A DNA stretch of 64,000 nt from assembly GCA_963750165.1 (NCBI GenBank), contig CAVVPN010000012.1, forward strand, positions 192,001 through 256,000, given 5' to 3'. How positions within the stretch are numbered: the stretch's first letter is position 1; each line of letters opens with the position of its first letter. The translations under genes were made by a program, and so were the position numbers. Below the pieces are notes generated by a model that saw nothing but the letters and a program-made list of their open reading frames with translations, made no database searches and was not told the origin of the DNA. Positions 40,901 to 49,309 of this stretch are shown piece by piece. This DNA is from an uncultured Gemmataceae bacterium. Its GTDB lineage: Bacteria > Planctomycetota > Planctomycetia > Gemmatales > Gemmataceae.

Positions 40901-41057
40901 CAACCGCCAGCTGGTGACGGCGGTGCAGCAACTGGCCGAGTCGTGCGCCGCCCTGGACCACGCGGTGCGGCTGCTCAACGACCGTCTGACGCGGCTGGAA
41001 CGGCAACAGGTGCCGCCGACGGAACAGCCCCTGGCGGCCGCGGAGAAACGCTCATGA
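37965..41057 (+). CDS. double GT4 glycosyltransferase with Ig-like and coiled-coil C-terminus
   Basis: FVGR.A.NK and ESFCIPVVEAMACGLPVV (GT1); YCGR...QK and ESLSLAALEAWALGTPVV (GT2); VRVRNRG...PGHY; LSRQQTAFN coiled coil. Confidence 0.9.
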   Translation: MRVALLSYNARVGDAIGNQVAEKFTFFHERGADVRAFVENDQALHPLLRGHYHVWRAPVPAGEPWDFLTGADLICVEFGQHYALLTLLPLLAGGRPRVLVDYHGVTPPALWGPYPHEALQRGVRQRGLAWCADAVLVHSRYTRRELARDLDLPETRLRQLAYPIDTELFQPGAVQVDWRKQLGLPDARLLLFVGRVAANKRVPVLVEALHRLRDERPAVHALVVGDATDVYHAEAERCWRLAAQRGVTERLHWLGHQTGAALRDVYRAADVLVMPSLWESFCIPVVEAMACGLPVVAARTTALPETVGAAGLTFVPDDADDLARQLRRVLDRGADIPVCQSAGRQECPPHDQKPRVAVVSFRYGTDFVGGAEASLRRAAEALHRAGCGVEVFATCTRSATTWENELPEGDDLLNGVPVHRFRVAAHDRGRHHDTVRAILQNDGRVSPELERDYLRHSIHSAALLAELRRRRDEFDAIIVGPYLFGLTHDVATAFPEKTLLLPCFHDEPFMRLSVWRSAYEAVAGVLYHSAEEQHFAEADLGFNHPGAACLGTCLDVGPNAAALAPDAAVADLPRYVLYCGRYSEQKDLPLLLDFTRRYHAANPERFTFVFVGQGEIAIPCEPWARDLGFVTEERKRALLAHAAALVQLSRHESLSLAALEAWALGTPVVGRGACAVVAGHLRRSGAGRAIDSYDDFAAALDDLWQQPERWRALGERGRQYVRQEYAALEAYTARLLAAVADLGQPLTERMRRRGLERAATLGRPEWRERFARLVEELLDQPPPSWDFAAEVRPRGRVRRVGAGSAAALVAVRVRNRGSQPLADEGPAQTLLCCRVYTPDGRLVEAPELTTPLPALLPPGRTLAAVAGVPVPPTPGHYRVVFWAERADRRGGGDPRLSLKQGMRLVVRGGRTAAADGGQELTDAAQAALAEAQRLQRLPDDYVDVTEGFLATWKRRVKRKLLGNFKHAYVDVLSRQQTAFNRQLVTAVQQLAESCAALDHAVRLLNDRLTRLERQQVPPTEQPLAAAEKRS
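38955..39018. repeat. 64-bp REP-like palindrome translated in frame inside the glycosyltransferase
   Basis: GATCGTGGGGCAGACATTCCTGTCTGCC-8nt-GGCAGACAGGAATGCCCGCCCCACGATC encodes DRGADIPVCQSAGRQECPPHD. Confidence 0.9.
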
Positions 41058-41986
41058 TCTGTCTGGTGACTGGCGCTGCGGGCTTCATCGGCTCCCATCT
41101 GTGCGAGCGCCTGCTGGCCCTCGGCCACGAGGTCCGCGGCCTCGACGCCTTCATCCCCTATTACCCGCGGCCGGTCAAGGAAACCTACCTGAGCGCCGCC
41201 CGGGCCCAGCCGAAATTCAGCTTCCACGAACTCGACCTGCGCCGCGACGCCCTGGGCACGGTCACCGACGGCGTGGACGTGGTTTTTCATCTGGCAGCGA
41301 TGGCCGGCCTGGCGAAGAGCTGGACCGAGTTCGACCTGTACCAGAGCTGCAACCTGACCGCGACGCAGCGGCTGCTGGAGGCGCTGCGCGGCAAGCAATT
41401 AAGCCGTCTGATCTACGCCTCAACCTCGTCGGTCTACGGCCGCTTCAGTTCCGGTGACGAAACGCTGCCGACACGGCCGATCTCGCCCTATGGCGTGACG
41501 AAGCTGGCGTCGGAGAACCTGTGCCGGGCGTTCGCGGAGGAGGTCGGCCTGCCGGTGGTGGTGCTGCGTTACTTCTCCATCTACGGCCCCCGGCAGCGGC
41601 CCGACATGGGCTACTTCAAGTTCATCGACGCGCTGCTCAATACCCGGCCGATCACGGTCTTCGGCGACGGCCTGCAGGCGCGCGGCAACACCTACATCAG
41701 CGACTGCGTGGAGGCGACGGTGCGGGCGGTGGAGGCGCCGGTGCTGGAGACGTACAACGTCGGCGGCGGCGAGGTGGCGAACGTCTGGGAAATCCTGGCG
41801 AAGTTGGAGGCGCTGACCGGCCGCAAGGCGGCCGTGCGCCGCGAGCCGGGCCGGCCAGGCGACCAGCGCTACACCTGCGCCGACACCGCCAAGCTGGGGC
41901 ACCACCTCGGTTGGCGGCCGCGGGTCACGCTCGACGAGGGCCTGGCGCAGCAGATCGCCTGGCAGCGGTCAGGCAGCCCCGGTTAA
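41054..41986 (+). CDS. NAD-dependent sugar epimerase/dehydratase
   Basis: VTGAAGFIGS, HLAA, STSSVYG, YGVTK, LRYFSIYGPRQRPDM. Confidence 0.95.
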   Translation: MICLVTGAAGFIGSHLCERLLALGHEVRGLDAFIPYYPRPVKETYLSAARAQPKFSFHELDLRRDALGTVTDGVDVVFHLAAMAGLAKSWTEFDLYQSCNLTATQRLLEALRGKQLSRLIYASTSSVYGRFSSGDETLPTRPISPYGVTKLASENLCRAFAEEVGLPVVVLRYFSIYGPRQRPDMGYFKFIDALLNTRPITVFGDGLQARGNTYISDCVEATVRAVEAPVLETYNVGGGEVANVWEILAKLEALTGRKAAVRREPGRPGDQRYTCADTAKLGHHLGWRPRVTLDEGLAQQIAWQRSGSPG

Positions 41987-41998
41987 GGAGGCCGGCGG

Positions 41999-42124
41999 AA
42001 GAACTACGTTGCCACCACGGTCGGCGCGGGCTGCTGTCTGGGGGCAGCCCTGGCTCAGACGGCCGGTGCCGAGGACTTGCAAGCCGCCTGCGCGACCTTC
42101 CAGGAGGAGGCGCAAGACGTCTTG
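41999..42124 (+). mobile_element. probable internal fragment of an IS-type DDE transposase
   Basis: Startless frame reads KNYVATTVGAGCCLGAALAQTAGAEDLQAACATFQEEAQDV, resembling planctomycete transposase-like proteins as I recall them; unverified. Confidence 0.5.
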
Positions 42125-42198
42125 GTGTCCGCTTCCCTGGGTGGATACCACCGTGGAAATCACTCGCCCACAATCCTTGACGGCCAGAGTTTTTTCAT

Positions 42199-43518
42199 TC
42201 ACGACACTTTCAATTTGCTTGGCTGCTCGAGCAGCCCCGGTGCCGCCGCGGCCGGCGCGTCGGTGATGATGCGCGGCGCCTGGTGCGGCCCGACTGGTGT
42301 GCAGCCCGGTTCCCACTCCAGTACCTCGATGAACTCGCCGTCCTTGATGCCGGGCTGGCCGTCCTTCAGGCCGCCGATGCGCACGAACACCGGCCACGGT
42401 GTCTGCCGCGCCTCGTCCCAGGTCCATACCGGCTTCCAGTCCGCCGCGGCCCGGTGCGTCCGCCACTCCTCCAGGCGCTGCTTCGCCGTGTCCGGCAGGT
42501 AGGCCGGGTCCAGCTGAAAATTCAGCGCCGCCGTCGGCATCTTCCAGCACTGGTGGTGCTCGCGGCGGACAATATCCACCGCCGCGGTCATGCCCGGCCG
42601 CAGCCGCCACTCGCCGGTGTCCCGGTCGCGCTCGTTGACCACGTCGATGACGGTGGTGTAAAACACCGCCCCCTTGACGTTGGTCGGCACCGGCCGCACT
42701 TCCTTGACGACGCCGTGGAACTTCGCGTCCGGTTCCCAGTAAGCCGACACCGTGAACACCACCCGCTGGCCCCGGCAGACGCGGCCCACGTCGCCCTCAG
42801 CCACGTCCGCGTGGACCTCCATGAGCTTCAGGTCACCGGCCAGCGTGAACAGCGGCCCGGTCTGCGGCCCGACGAACTGGCCCAGCTGCGCCTTGCGCTC
42901 CAGGACGTGGTACAGCCGCTGCGGCGCGCCGCTCGGCGGCGGTCCCGACCGGGCCGGCGGCGCCTTGAGGAGCGTCTGGCCGTGAACCCGGTCGGCCTCG
43001 CGCATCTGCGTCTGGGCCGCCTGCAGCCGGGTCTGGGCGGCCTGAACGCCGGCCTGCGCCGCCCGCAGTTTGGCCTCGGCCTCGTCGCGCTCGGTGCGGA
43101 AGCCCCCGCTCTTTTCCAGGGCGAGCTGGTATTTGAGCGCGATCCGGGCGCCTTCTTCCAGCGCCTCCGCCTGGGCGACCGCCGCCCTGGCGCTGGCGAC
43201 GCCATCGCGGGCCGCGTCCAGTTTGGCCTTCATCGGCCGCGGGTCGAGCCGGGCCAGCAGGCCGTCCTCGGGGATCAGGTCGTTGATCCGCGCGGGCAGT
43301 TCCACGACGACGCCCGGCACCTCACTGCCAACGACGATCAGTTCGCGCGGTTGCAGCGTGCCGGAGGCGCTGACGGTTTCTTGCAGCGTGCCGAATTCCA
43401 CGGTGGCGAAGGTGAGAACGTCTGGCGAGAGTTGCGGCTGCCGCGGCCGGGCGGCCCAGTAAGCGCCGGCCACGACGACGACGCCAAGTACAAGAAGCGT
43501 CACGAGCAGTTTCTTCAC
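42199..43518 (-). CDS. efflux periplasmic adaptor (MacA/HlyD family)
   Basis: TM anchor, VSASGTL.P...VGSEVPG, helical hairpin, LFTLAGDL..M.V.A.V.EGD, LRPGMTA. Confidence 0.9.
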   Translation of the reverse strand: MKKLLVTLLVLGVVVVAGAYWAARPRQPQLSPDVLTFATVEFGTLQETVSASGTLQPRELIVVGSEVPGVVVELPARINDLIPEDGLLARLDPRPMKAKLDAARDGVASARAAVAQAEALEEGARIALKYQLALEKSGGFRTERDEAEAKLRAAQAGVQAAQTRLQAAQTQMREADRVHGQTLLKAPPARSGPPPSGAPQRLYHVLERKAQLGQFVGPQTGPLFTLAGDLKLMEVHADVAEGDVGRVCRGQRVVFTVSAYWEPDAKFHGVVKEVRPVPTNVKGAVFYTTVIDVVNERDRDTGEWRLRPGMTAAVDIVRREHHQCWKMPTAALNFQLDPAYLPDTAKQRLEEWRTHRAAADWKPVWTWDEARQTPWPVFVRIGGLKDGQPGIKDGEFIEVLEWEPGCTPVGPHQAPRIITDAPAAAAPGLLEQPSKLKVS

Positions 43519-43621
43519 GGTTCGGCCTGTTCTCGCGGGGATGCCTGGAAGCGTCCGTGCGGCTTCCGTGCGTCCTGCGGTGGAGCGGAGGCTCCGCGAA
43601 CCGGCTCCATCCTGCATTATT

Positions 43622-43638
43622 CGCAAAATCCCTGCCGT
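43622..43638 (-). promoter_or_regulatory. sigma54-like site (ACGGCAGGGATTTTGCG)
   Basis: GG-N10-GC upstream of the adaptor gene. Confidence 0.4.
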
Positions 43639-43723
43639 CCTCCAACCGGCAACGCCCTTTTTGCCCGAACTTCCTCCGAGGGAAGTATAGGCCGTCTGGT
43701 GAAGATAGGACAGCTGCAGTGCT

Positions 43724-45321
43724 TCACCCCCGCAGCACCACTTCGATCAGCGCCGGCGCTTCCAGCGCCACTGCCTCGGTCAGCGCCCGCTCGAACGCTG
43801 TGTCGTCCTCCACGCGCCAGCCGCGGACACCGAACGCCTGCGCGAACTGCTGAAAATCCGGGTTGCGCAGGTCCACGCCCAGGTGACGGCCCTGGTAACG
43901 GCGATCCTGGATCGCCTTGATGAGCGTCAGGCTGCCGTCGTTGACGACGATGACGACAAGTGGCAACCGCTCCTGCACGGCGGTCGCCAGCTCCATGCCG
44001 CACATCTGGAAACAGCCGTCGCCCACCACCGCCACGACCGTGCGCCCGGCAGCGCCGCCTTCGCTCCGAGGGCCGCCGGGATGCCGTAGCCCATCGACAC
44101 GTAACCGGCCGGGTGCAGGAACGTGCGCGGCGTGTAGACCGGAAACTCCGCAAGTAGGATGTAGGCAAGGCGGGTGATGTCGGCGACGACGATGGCGTCG
44201 CGTGGCAGCACCCGCCGCAGCGGGCCGACGAGATCCCAGCCCGGCAGCCGCCACGGCTCCGCCGCCGGTTGCGGCCGTGTCCACGGTGCGCGCGGCTCCG
44301 GCGGCAGGGCGTCGAGCAGGTCTTCGAGCGCGGCCCCGGCGTCCGCGACCAGGGCGGCGCGCACGGGGTAGTGGTGGCCGATCTCTCCGGGGTCGATGTC
44401 GATCTGCACCAGGCTGGGCGGCACCCGCAGCGTCCAGCTGCCGGTCGCCGCCTGGGTGAAACGGCAGCCGACCGCCAGCAGACCGTCCGCCGCGCCGAAC
44501 AGCGGCGCGAAGAACCGGCCCATGTCGGTCAGGTCGGACGTGGCCCGGTGCCAGGGCAGCCCGGCCTTGAGCGAGTGGTCCGCTGACAGGGCGGCCTTGC
44601 CGTTGAAGGTGTGGAACACCGGCGCCCCGAGTCGATCCGCCAGCTGGCCGAGCAAGGCCTCGGCTCCGGCGCTGACGACGCCGCCGCCGGCGAGCAACAG
44701 CGGCCGCTTCCAGCCCGCGATGACGCGCACCGCGTCGTCCAGCTGGTCCGGCTTCGGCCGCGGGGCGTAGGTGGTTTTGATGTCCGGCAGCGGGGCCGCG
44801 GGCGCCGCGGCGATCTGCACGTCGAGCGGGAAGTCGAGCAGGACGGTCCCCGGCCGGCCCTGGTACAACTGCTCAAAGGCGGCGTCCACCAGGGGCACGA
44901 TCAGGTCCGGGGCGTCGAGGGGCGCGCACCACTTGGTCAGGGGGGCGCAGGTGGTGCGCTGTTCGTTCTCGTGGTAGTAGCCGGAGCGGAGGCCGTAGTT
45001 GTCATGGCGGATCTGACCGGACACGAGCAGGACGGGAATGGAGTCGGTAAACGCAGTGGCCAGCGGCGTGGCGGCGTTGAGCACGCCAGGGCCGCACACC
45101 GCCAGGCAGACGCCGGCCAGCCCGGTGGCCCGCGCGAAGCCGTCCGCCATGAACGCCGCCGCCTGCTCGTGCCGCGCCAGGTAATGGCGCACCTCCGTCT
45201 GCCGGCTCAGGGCGTCGTAGATCGGCGTCAGCTGGCCGCCGGGATAGCCGAAGACGTGACGGACACCGTGGTCGTACAGCCGCCGCACCAGCAGCTCAGC
45301 GCCGTTCGTTGGCTCAAACAT
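43724..45321 (-). CDS. thiamine pyrophosphate-dependent enzyme (acetolactate synthase-like), apparent frameshift at about 44045
   Basis: FGYPGG, ARHEQAAAFMADGFAR, GPG..N, SMGYGIPAALGAK; GDG...ND TPP motif in the next frame. Confidence 0.92.
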
Positions 45322-45341
45322 ATTCCCCCCTCCTTTGGAGG

Positions 45342-45459
45342 AGTCATTAGTCATTAGTCATTAGTCATTAGTTGATAGGGTTGGAGCGCCGGGTGATAAC
45401 CCCGATTTCCGAGCCTGTGAACTAATGACTAATGACTAATGACTAATGACTAATGACTA
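45342..45459. repeat. inverted heptamer array (GTCATTA)4 ... (TAATGAC)5
   Basis: Read directly; the distal unit supplies the TAG stop of the DUF1080 gene. Confidence 0.95.
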
Positions 45460-46294
45460 CTTCATGTAATCCGCGGGAATCTCCTTGATCGATTTGACCT
45501 GGATGTTGCGGTAGAACACCTCGGCCCCCTCGGACTGGATTTGCAGCTTACCCTTGACGAGAGGCACCTCCTTGCCGCCCACGACCTGCCGCGAATTGGT
45601 CATCACCATGTTGGTATGGCCGTTGACGCGATGCACGCAGGTGCCGCCCAGGCACAGCACTTCAATGGTGTTCCATTCGCCCGTCTTGTGCTCGTAATTC
45701 TTGCTGCGAATGATGCGGCCCTTGACGCCTTTGAACAGCTCGCCGTCCGGGTTCCACGTCAGGCTGTTGCCCTTCTTGGTGGCCTTCACGTCCACGATGC
45801 CGCCCGCGACGCTGTAGTAGTCGCCGCAATCGTTCTCCTGAATCTGACACTCCTGTGAGCGCATCCAGAAGCTGCTCGCCGCCCCCTGCGGTCCGACGCA
45901 GTGGTACAGCAGACCGCTGTCGCGCACCGCCTTCTCGCGCGGCGGCCATTTCTTGGTGCCCCACTTGAACTCCAGCTTGACGTGGTAGTTCTCGAACTCG
46001 CCCTTGCTCGTCAGCGCCTCCGAACGTCTCGCCGGAGATGCGGATGGCCGGCTTGCCGTCCTCCATCACCACGGTGTAGACCTTCTGCGGATCCTTGTTC
46101 AGACCGACGACCTCGGTGCCCTTGAAGGGCTTGCCCAACCAGGTGTCCCAGCCGGCCAGGTCCTTGCCGTTGAACAGCGACTTCCACATCGCGGCACCCT
46201 GGGTCGCCTCGACCGTCGGCGGCAACGCCGGCAGTCCGCCCACGGCCACGGCCGCGGCCAGGCCCAGCGCCCACAGGCGCGATTGCGTCTTCAT
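45457..46294 (-). CDS. DUF1080 / 3-keto-disaccharide hydrolase family secreted protein, apparent frameshift at about 46016
   Basis: SLFNGKDLAGW; then DSGLLYH, ECQIQE, GEWNTIEV, VNG, GKLQIQSEGAEVFYRNI. Confidence 0.92.
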
Positions 46295-46321
46295 GTCCTT
46301 TGCTCCTGAAAGTGATGTTTT

Positions 46322-46357
46322 TGCTCCCCTCGCCCCCTTCCGGGGAGAGGGGGAGCA
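46322..46357. repeat. CCCCTCxCCCC/GGGGAGAGGGG-type palindrome
   Basis: TGCTCCCCTCGCCCC...GGGGAGAGGGGGAGCA. Confidence 0.6.
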
Positions 46358-46363
46358 GGGAAG

Positions 46364-48025
46364 TTACTTCACCGGCGTCCGCCCCTGCAGGAAAACGTGC
46401 GTGCCCTTCTTGTTGCTGACGATGATGTCCAGCAGTCCGTCGCCGTTCATGTCCGCCACGGCGAACGACGTGCCGATGCCCGAATCCTCATCGATGACGT
46501 GCGGCGTGAACAGCACCATGCGGTCCTTGTAGCGCTTGGCCTCGAACCAGTACAGATACGCCGGGTCGTTCGGCCCCGCGTCGCCGCGCGGCCCGTGCGC
46601 CCACCAGCGCCGCCCCGTCACCAGGTCCTTGAGGCCGTCGCCGTTCAGATCAACGCAGTGCAGCGCGTGCGTCTGCGACGGTAGCGAAAACTGCTTGCGA
46701 GTGCCGATCAGGAGCAGCCACCCCTTGCCCTTCACGTGGCTAATCCCCAGTTCCAGGTTCGGCGCCAGCAGTTTCGGGTGCCGCTTCGTCCAGTCTTCCA
46801 GCGTCGCCTTGAACGCTTTTTTTAGGTCAGGCTCCTGGTCGTTGCGGACGACCATTTCGACGTGCCCCCCCAGCGCCATATCGCGCGGCGGTGTGGTGCT
46901 TTCACCGACTCCCCGCTTCAGCTGAGCACGCGCTGCCTCCATCAGCACCGGGTGGACCGCCCACGGCGCCCGCTTCTGTTCCTCACGAACCGCGTTGATC
47001 GCCTTGAGCACTTCCAGCTCTTCCTTGCTCAGGCCGTGATCGGCCCGCAGCTTGGCCACCTCCGCCGGCCTCGGGAACAGCTGTCGCTGCACAAACGTGC
47101 CCGCCTTGGTCTGTTGACTCCACCACATGCCGTAATTGTGGGCACTGGTGCTCACCACGTCCGCCAGGCCGTCGCCGTCGATGTCGTAGGTGTACATGTC
47201 CGCGCAGGCGTCGGTGATCCGCGTGGCGTGGAACTTCCACGGCGAGCCGTCCAGTTTTTCCGGCTGCTCCCACCAGCCCTGCGGCACCAAAATGTCGATG
47301 CGGCCGTCGCCGTTCACGTCGCCGTGGCCCAGCCCGTGCGCGAAGCGCGCGGTGCCCGGCCACGCCTTGCCGGGAGTGCTCGGCCCGCTGATCGACACGC
47401 GCTGCCACGGTTGCGTTGGATCCTTGCCCGGGATGAAATAGCACAGCTCGCCGCGGTCGTCGTAATTGCCCTTCTTGAGATCCTTCGCGTCCTTCTGTGG
47501 GTTCCAGCCCATGACCAGCTGTTTCTTGCCGCTGCGGAACAGGTCGATGAAGATCGGCGTTTCATTGCAGGCGCTGTTGGTCAGCAGGTGCGCCTTCCAC
47601 TTGCCGCCCTTCGCTCCTGGGTTCTCGTACCAGTAACAGGGGTTGCCCGGGAATGGGATGACGATCACGTCCGGGAAGCCGTCGCCGCTCCAGTCGTCGG
47701 CGAAGCAACAGAATGAATCGCTGTACACGTTCAGGTCGAACTTGCGGTCGGCGCGAATGATGTGCCGCTTCCAGTCGCCGCCGCTGTCCTTGGGGGCCTC
47801 GTACCAGCAGTCGCCGACGATGACATCCGGCTTGCCGTCCTTGTTCACGTCGGCGACGCCGACGCCTTCGGAGCGGAAGTTTCTGTCCAGGACGATTTTC
47901 TTCCAGGTGACGGTGATGGCCGGCTTCTGCGGGTTCGATTTCTGGGCCGCACCGGGCTCGGGCAACGCGGCGACCAGGGGGGCGACCAGCAGGAGCGCCG
48001 GCGGCAGCCAGCTACGCCAGTTCAT
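46364..48025 (-). CDS. FG-GAP/VCBS repeat secreted protein with an inserted CAP-like segment
   Basis: Repeated DVNKDG/DVNGDG/DIDGDG/DLNGDG/DMNGDG motifs; signal peptide. Confidence 0.9.
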   Translation of the reverse strand: MNWRSWLPPALLLVAPLVAALPEPGAAQKSNPQKPAITVTWKKIVLDRNFRSEGVGVADVNKDGKPDVIVGDCWYEAPKDSGGDWKRHIIRADRKFDLNVYSDSFCCFADDWSGDGFPDVIVIPFPGNPCYWYENPGAKGGKWKAHLLTNSACNETPIFIDLFRSGKKQLVMGWNPQKDAKDLKKGNYDDRGELCYFIPGKDPTQPWQRVSISGPSTPGKAWPGTARFAHGLGHGDVNGDGRIDILVPQGWWEQPEKLDGSPWKFHATRITDACADMYTYDIDGDGLADVVSTSAHNYGMWWSQQTKAGTFVQRQLFPRPAEVAKLRADHGLSKEELEVLKAINAVREEQKRAPWAVHPVLMEAARAQLKRGVGESTTPPRDMALGGHVEMVVRNDQEPDLKKAFKATLEDWTKRHPKLLAPNLELGISHVKGKGWLLLIGTRKQFSLPSQTHALHCVDLNGDGLKDLVTGRRWWAHGPRGDAGPNDPAYLYWFEAKRYKDRMVLFTPHVIDEDSGIGTSFAVADMNGDGLLDIIVSNKKGTHVFLQGRTPVK

Positions 48026-48304
48026 GGGGGTGTCCTCGTGGGTGGTGAAGGTCATGCGGACATTCAAGGCCGATTATGCGGCCGCGGCCAGGGGTCTGCA
48101 ACCGTGGACCGGAATTTGCATCAGGAATTCCTCAGCGCGGACGCCGCGACCGGAACCGTCGCCGCCACCGGCCCGCGCGCTGACTTTTGCCTGTAGCACA
48201 GAACCGGTGTAGAATGGTTGGTGAGTAATGGTTTTTGCAAAATTCTCGCGCCGGCGGCAGGATTGGCTCGCGAGATGCGCCATACTATGGCATTGAGGTG
48301 AAAC

Positions 48305-48682
48305 ATGAGCAAACCGCTGATGGATATTGTCCTGCCGCGTCTGGCCCGACCGCTGTACCGGCAACTCGAGCGCTACCGCACCGGCGAACTGGACGACCGC
48401 CAGTTCACGCGGCAATTCGAGGCGCTGTTGCAGCGGCAGCACGTATGGCTGGCGAATCGCGGCATCTCGGCCGTGCGAGCCGCCGTCGCCATACACGCCG
48501 CCGTTTTGGTCCTGAGCCTGCCCGGCCTGCGTGCTGAGTCGGCGGAGGGCAACCTGCCGCTGGAAGTGGTCGAGCACCGCGCCGTGCGCGAGGCGGCAGC
48601 CGACGTGTCGCGCAACTACGGGGTCAACGAGCGCAAACTGACGGACATGATCGCGGCCCTGGTCGCCCGCCACGCCGATTGA
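48305..48682 (+). CDS. hypothetical protein
   Basis: GAGG RBS; coding-like codon usage. Confidence 0.7.
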   Translation: MSKPLMDIVLPRLARPLYRQLERYRTGELDDRQFTRQFEALLQRQHVWLANRGISAVRAAVAIHAAVLVLSLPGLRAESAEGNLPLEVVEHRAVREAAADVSRNYGVNERKLTDMIAALVARHAD

Positions 48683-48706
48683 GGTTGGGCGCCTTCTGGT
48701 CGGTTG

Positions 48707-48872
48707 GGTGTGCCACTGCTTGGCCGCCCTTCTTGAACCGAACCGAGGTGTTGGAGATTGCAAGGGGCGGCCAAGCAGTGCGTCCCGCTCCAGGGCTGGC
48801 TCACTGCTTGGCCGCCCCTGGGAGCACCGGGTGAAGGTGAAGCCCTCAAGGGCGGCCAAGCAGTGGCACACC
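48707..48872. repeat. four-arm BIME-like cluster of CACTGCTTGGCCGCCC repeats
   Basis: Alternating CACTGCTTGGCCGCCC and GGGCGGCCAAGCAGTG, four copies. Confidence 0.9.
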
Positions 48873-48915
48873 TTCTATCCTTCCGGGCCGGGGTGCCGGC
48901 GGCGAGCGTAACGCC

Positions 48916-49284
48916 ATGCACATCACCCTGACCGTTACCGTCGGTCCCCACCGCGGCCAGGTGTTCACGTTCACCGAACGTGACACCTTCCTGGTCGGCC
49001 GCTCCCGCTATGCGCACTTCCGGTTGCTCGACAAGGACAAATATTTTTCGCGCATCCACTTCCTGATGGAGATCGACCCGCCGCGCTGCAAACTGGTGGA
49101 TCTGCGCAGCCGCAATGGCACGTTCGTCAACGGCCAGCGGGCCCATGTGTTGGAATTGAAGGACGGCGATCAGATCCAGGCGGGACACACCGTCCTGCGC
49201 CTGGCGGTCCACGCCGATGAGGAACCGGGCTCGGCGAGCGGGGGGCGTCAGTCCCCTGTTGCTGGAGAACCAACCGGGGGCTGA
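48916..49284 (+). CDS. stand-alone FHA domain protein ending within a palindrome
   Basis: VGRS, SRIH, DL.SRNGTFVNG, LKDGD.I..G. Confidence 0.85.
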   Translation: MHITLTVTVGPHRGQVFTFTERDTFLVGRSRYAHFRLLDKDKYFSRIHFLMEIDPPRCKLVDLRSRNGTFVNGQRAHVLELKDGDQIQAGHTVLRLAVHADEEPGSASGGRQSPVAGEPTGG

Positions 49285-49299
49285 CGCCCCCGCTCGCCG
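49232..49299. repeat. REP-like palindrome (GGCGAGCGG..GTCAG family) supplying the FHA stop codon
   Basis: CGGCGAGCGGGGGGCGTCAG / CTGACGCCCCCGCTCGCCG. Confidence 0.85.
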
Positions 49300-49309
49300 G
49301 GGCTGTGCG

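Noticed and set aside
48707..48872. Possible CRISPR array
   Set aside because: The repeats alternate in orientation (REP doublets), there are only four, and no cas genes are present.
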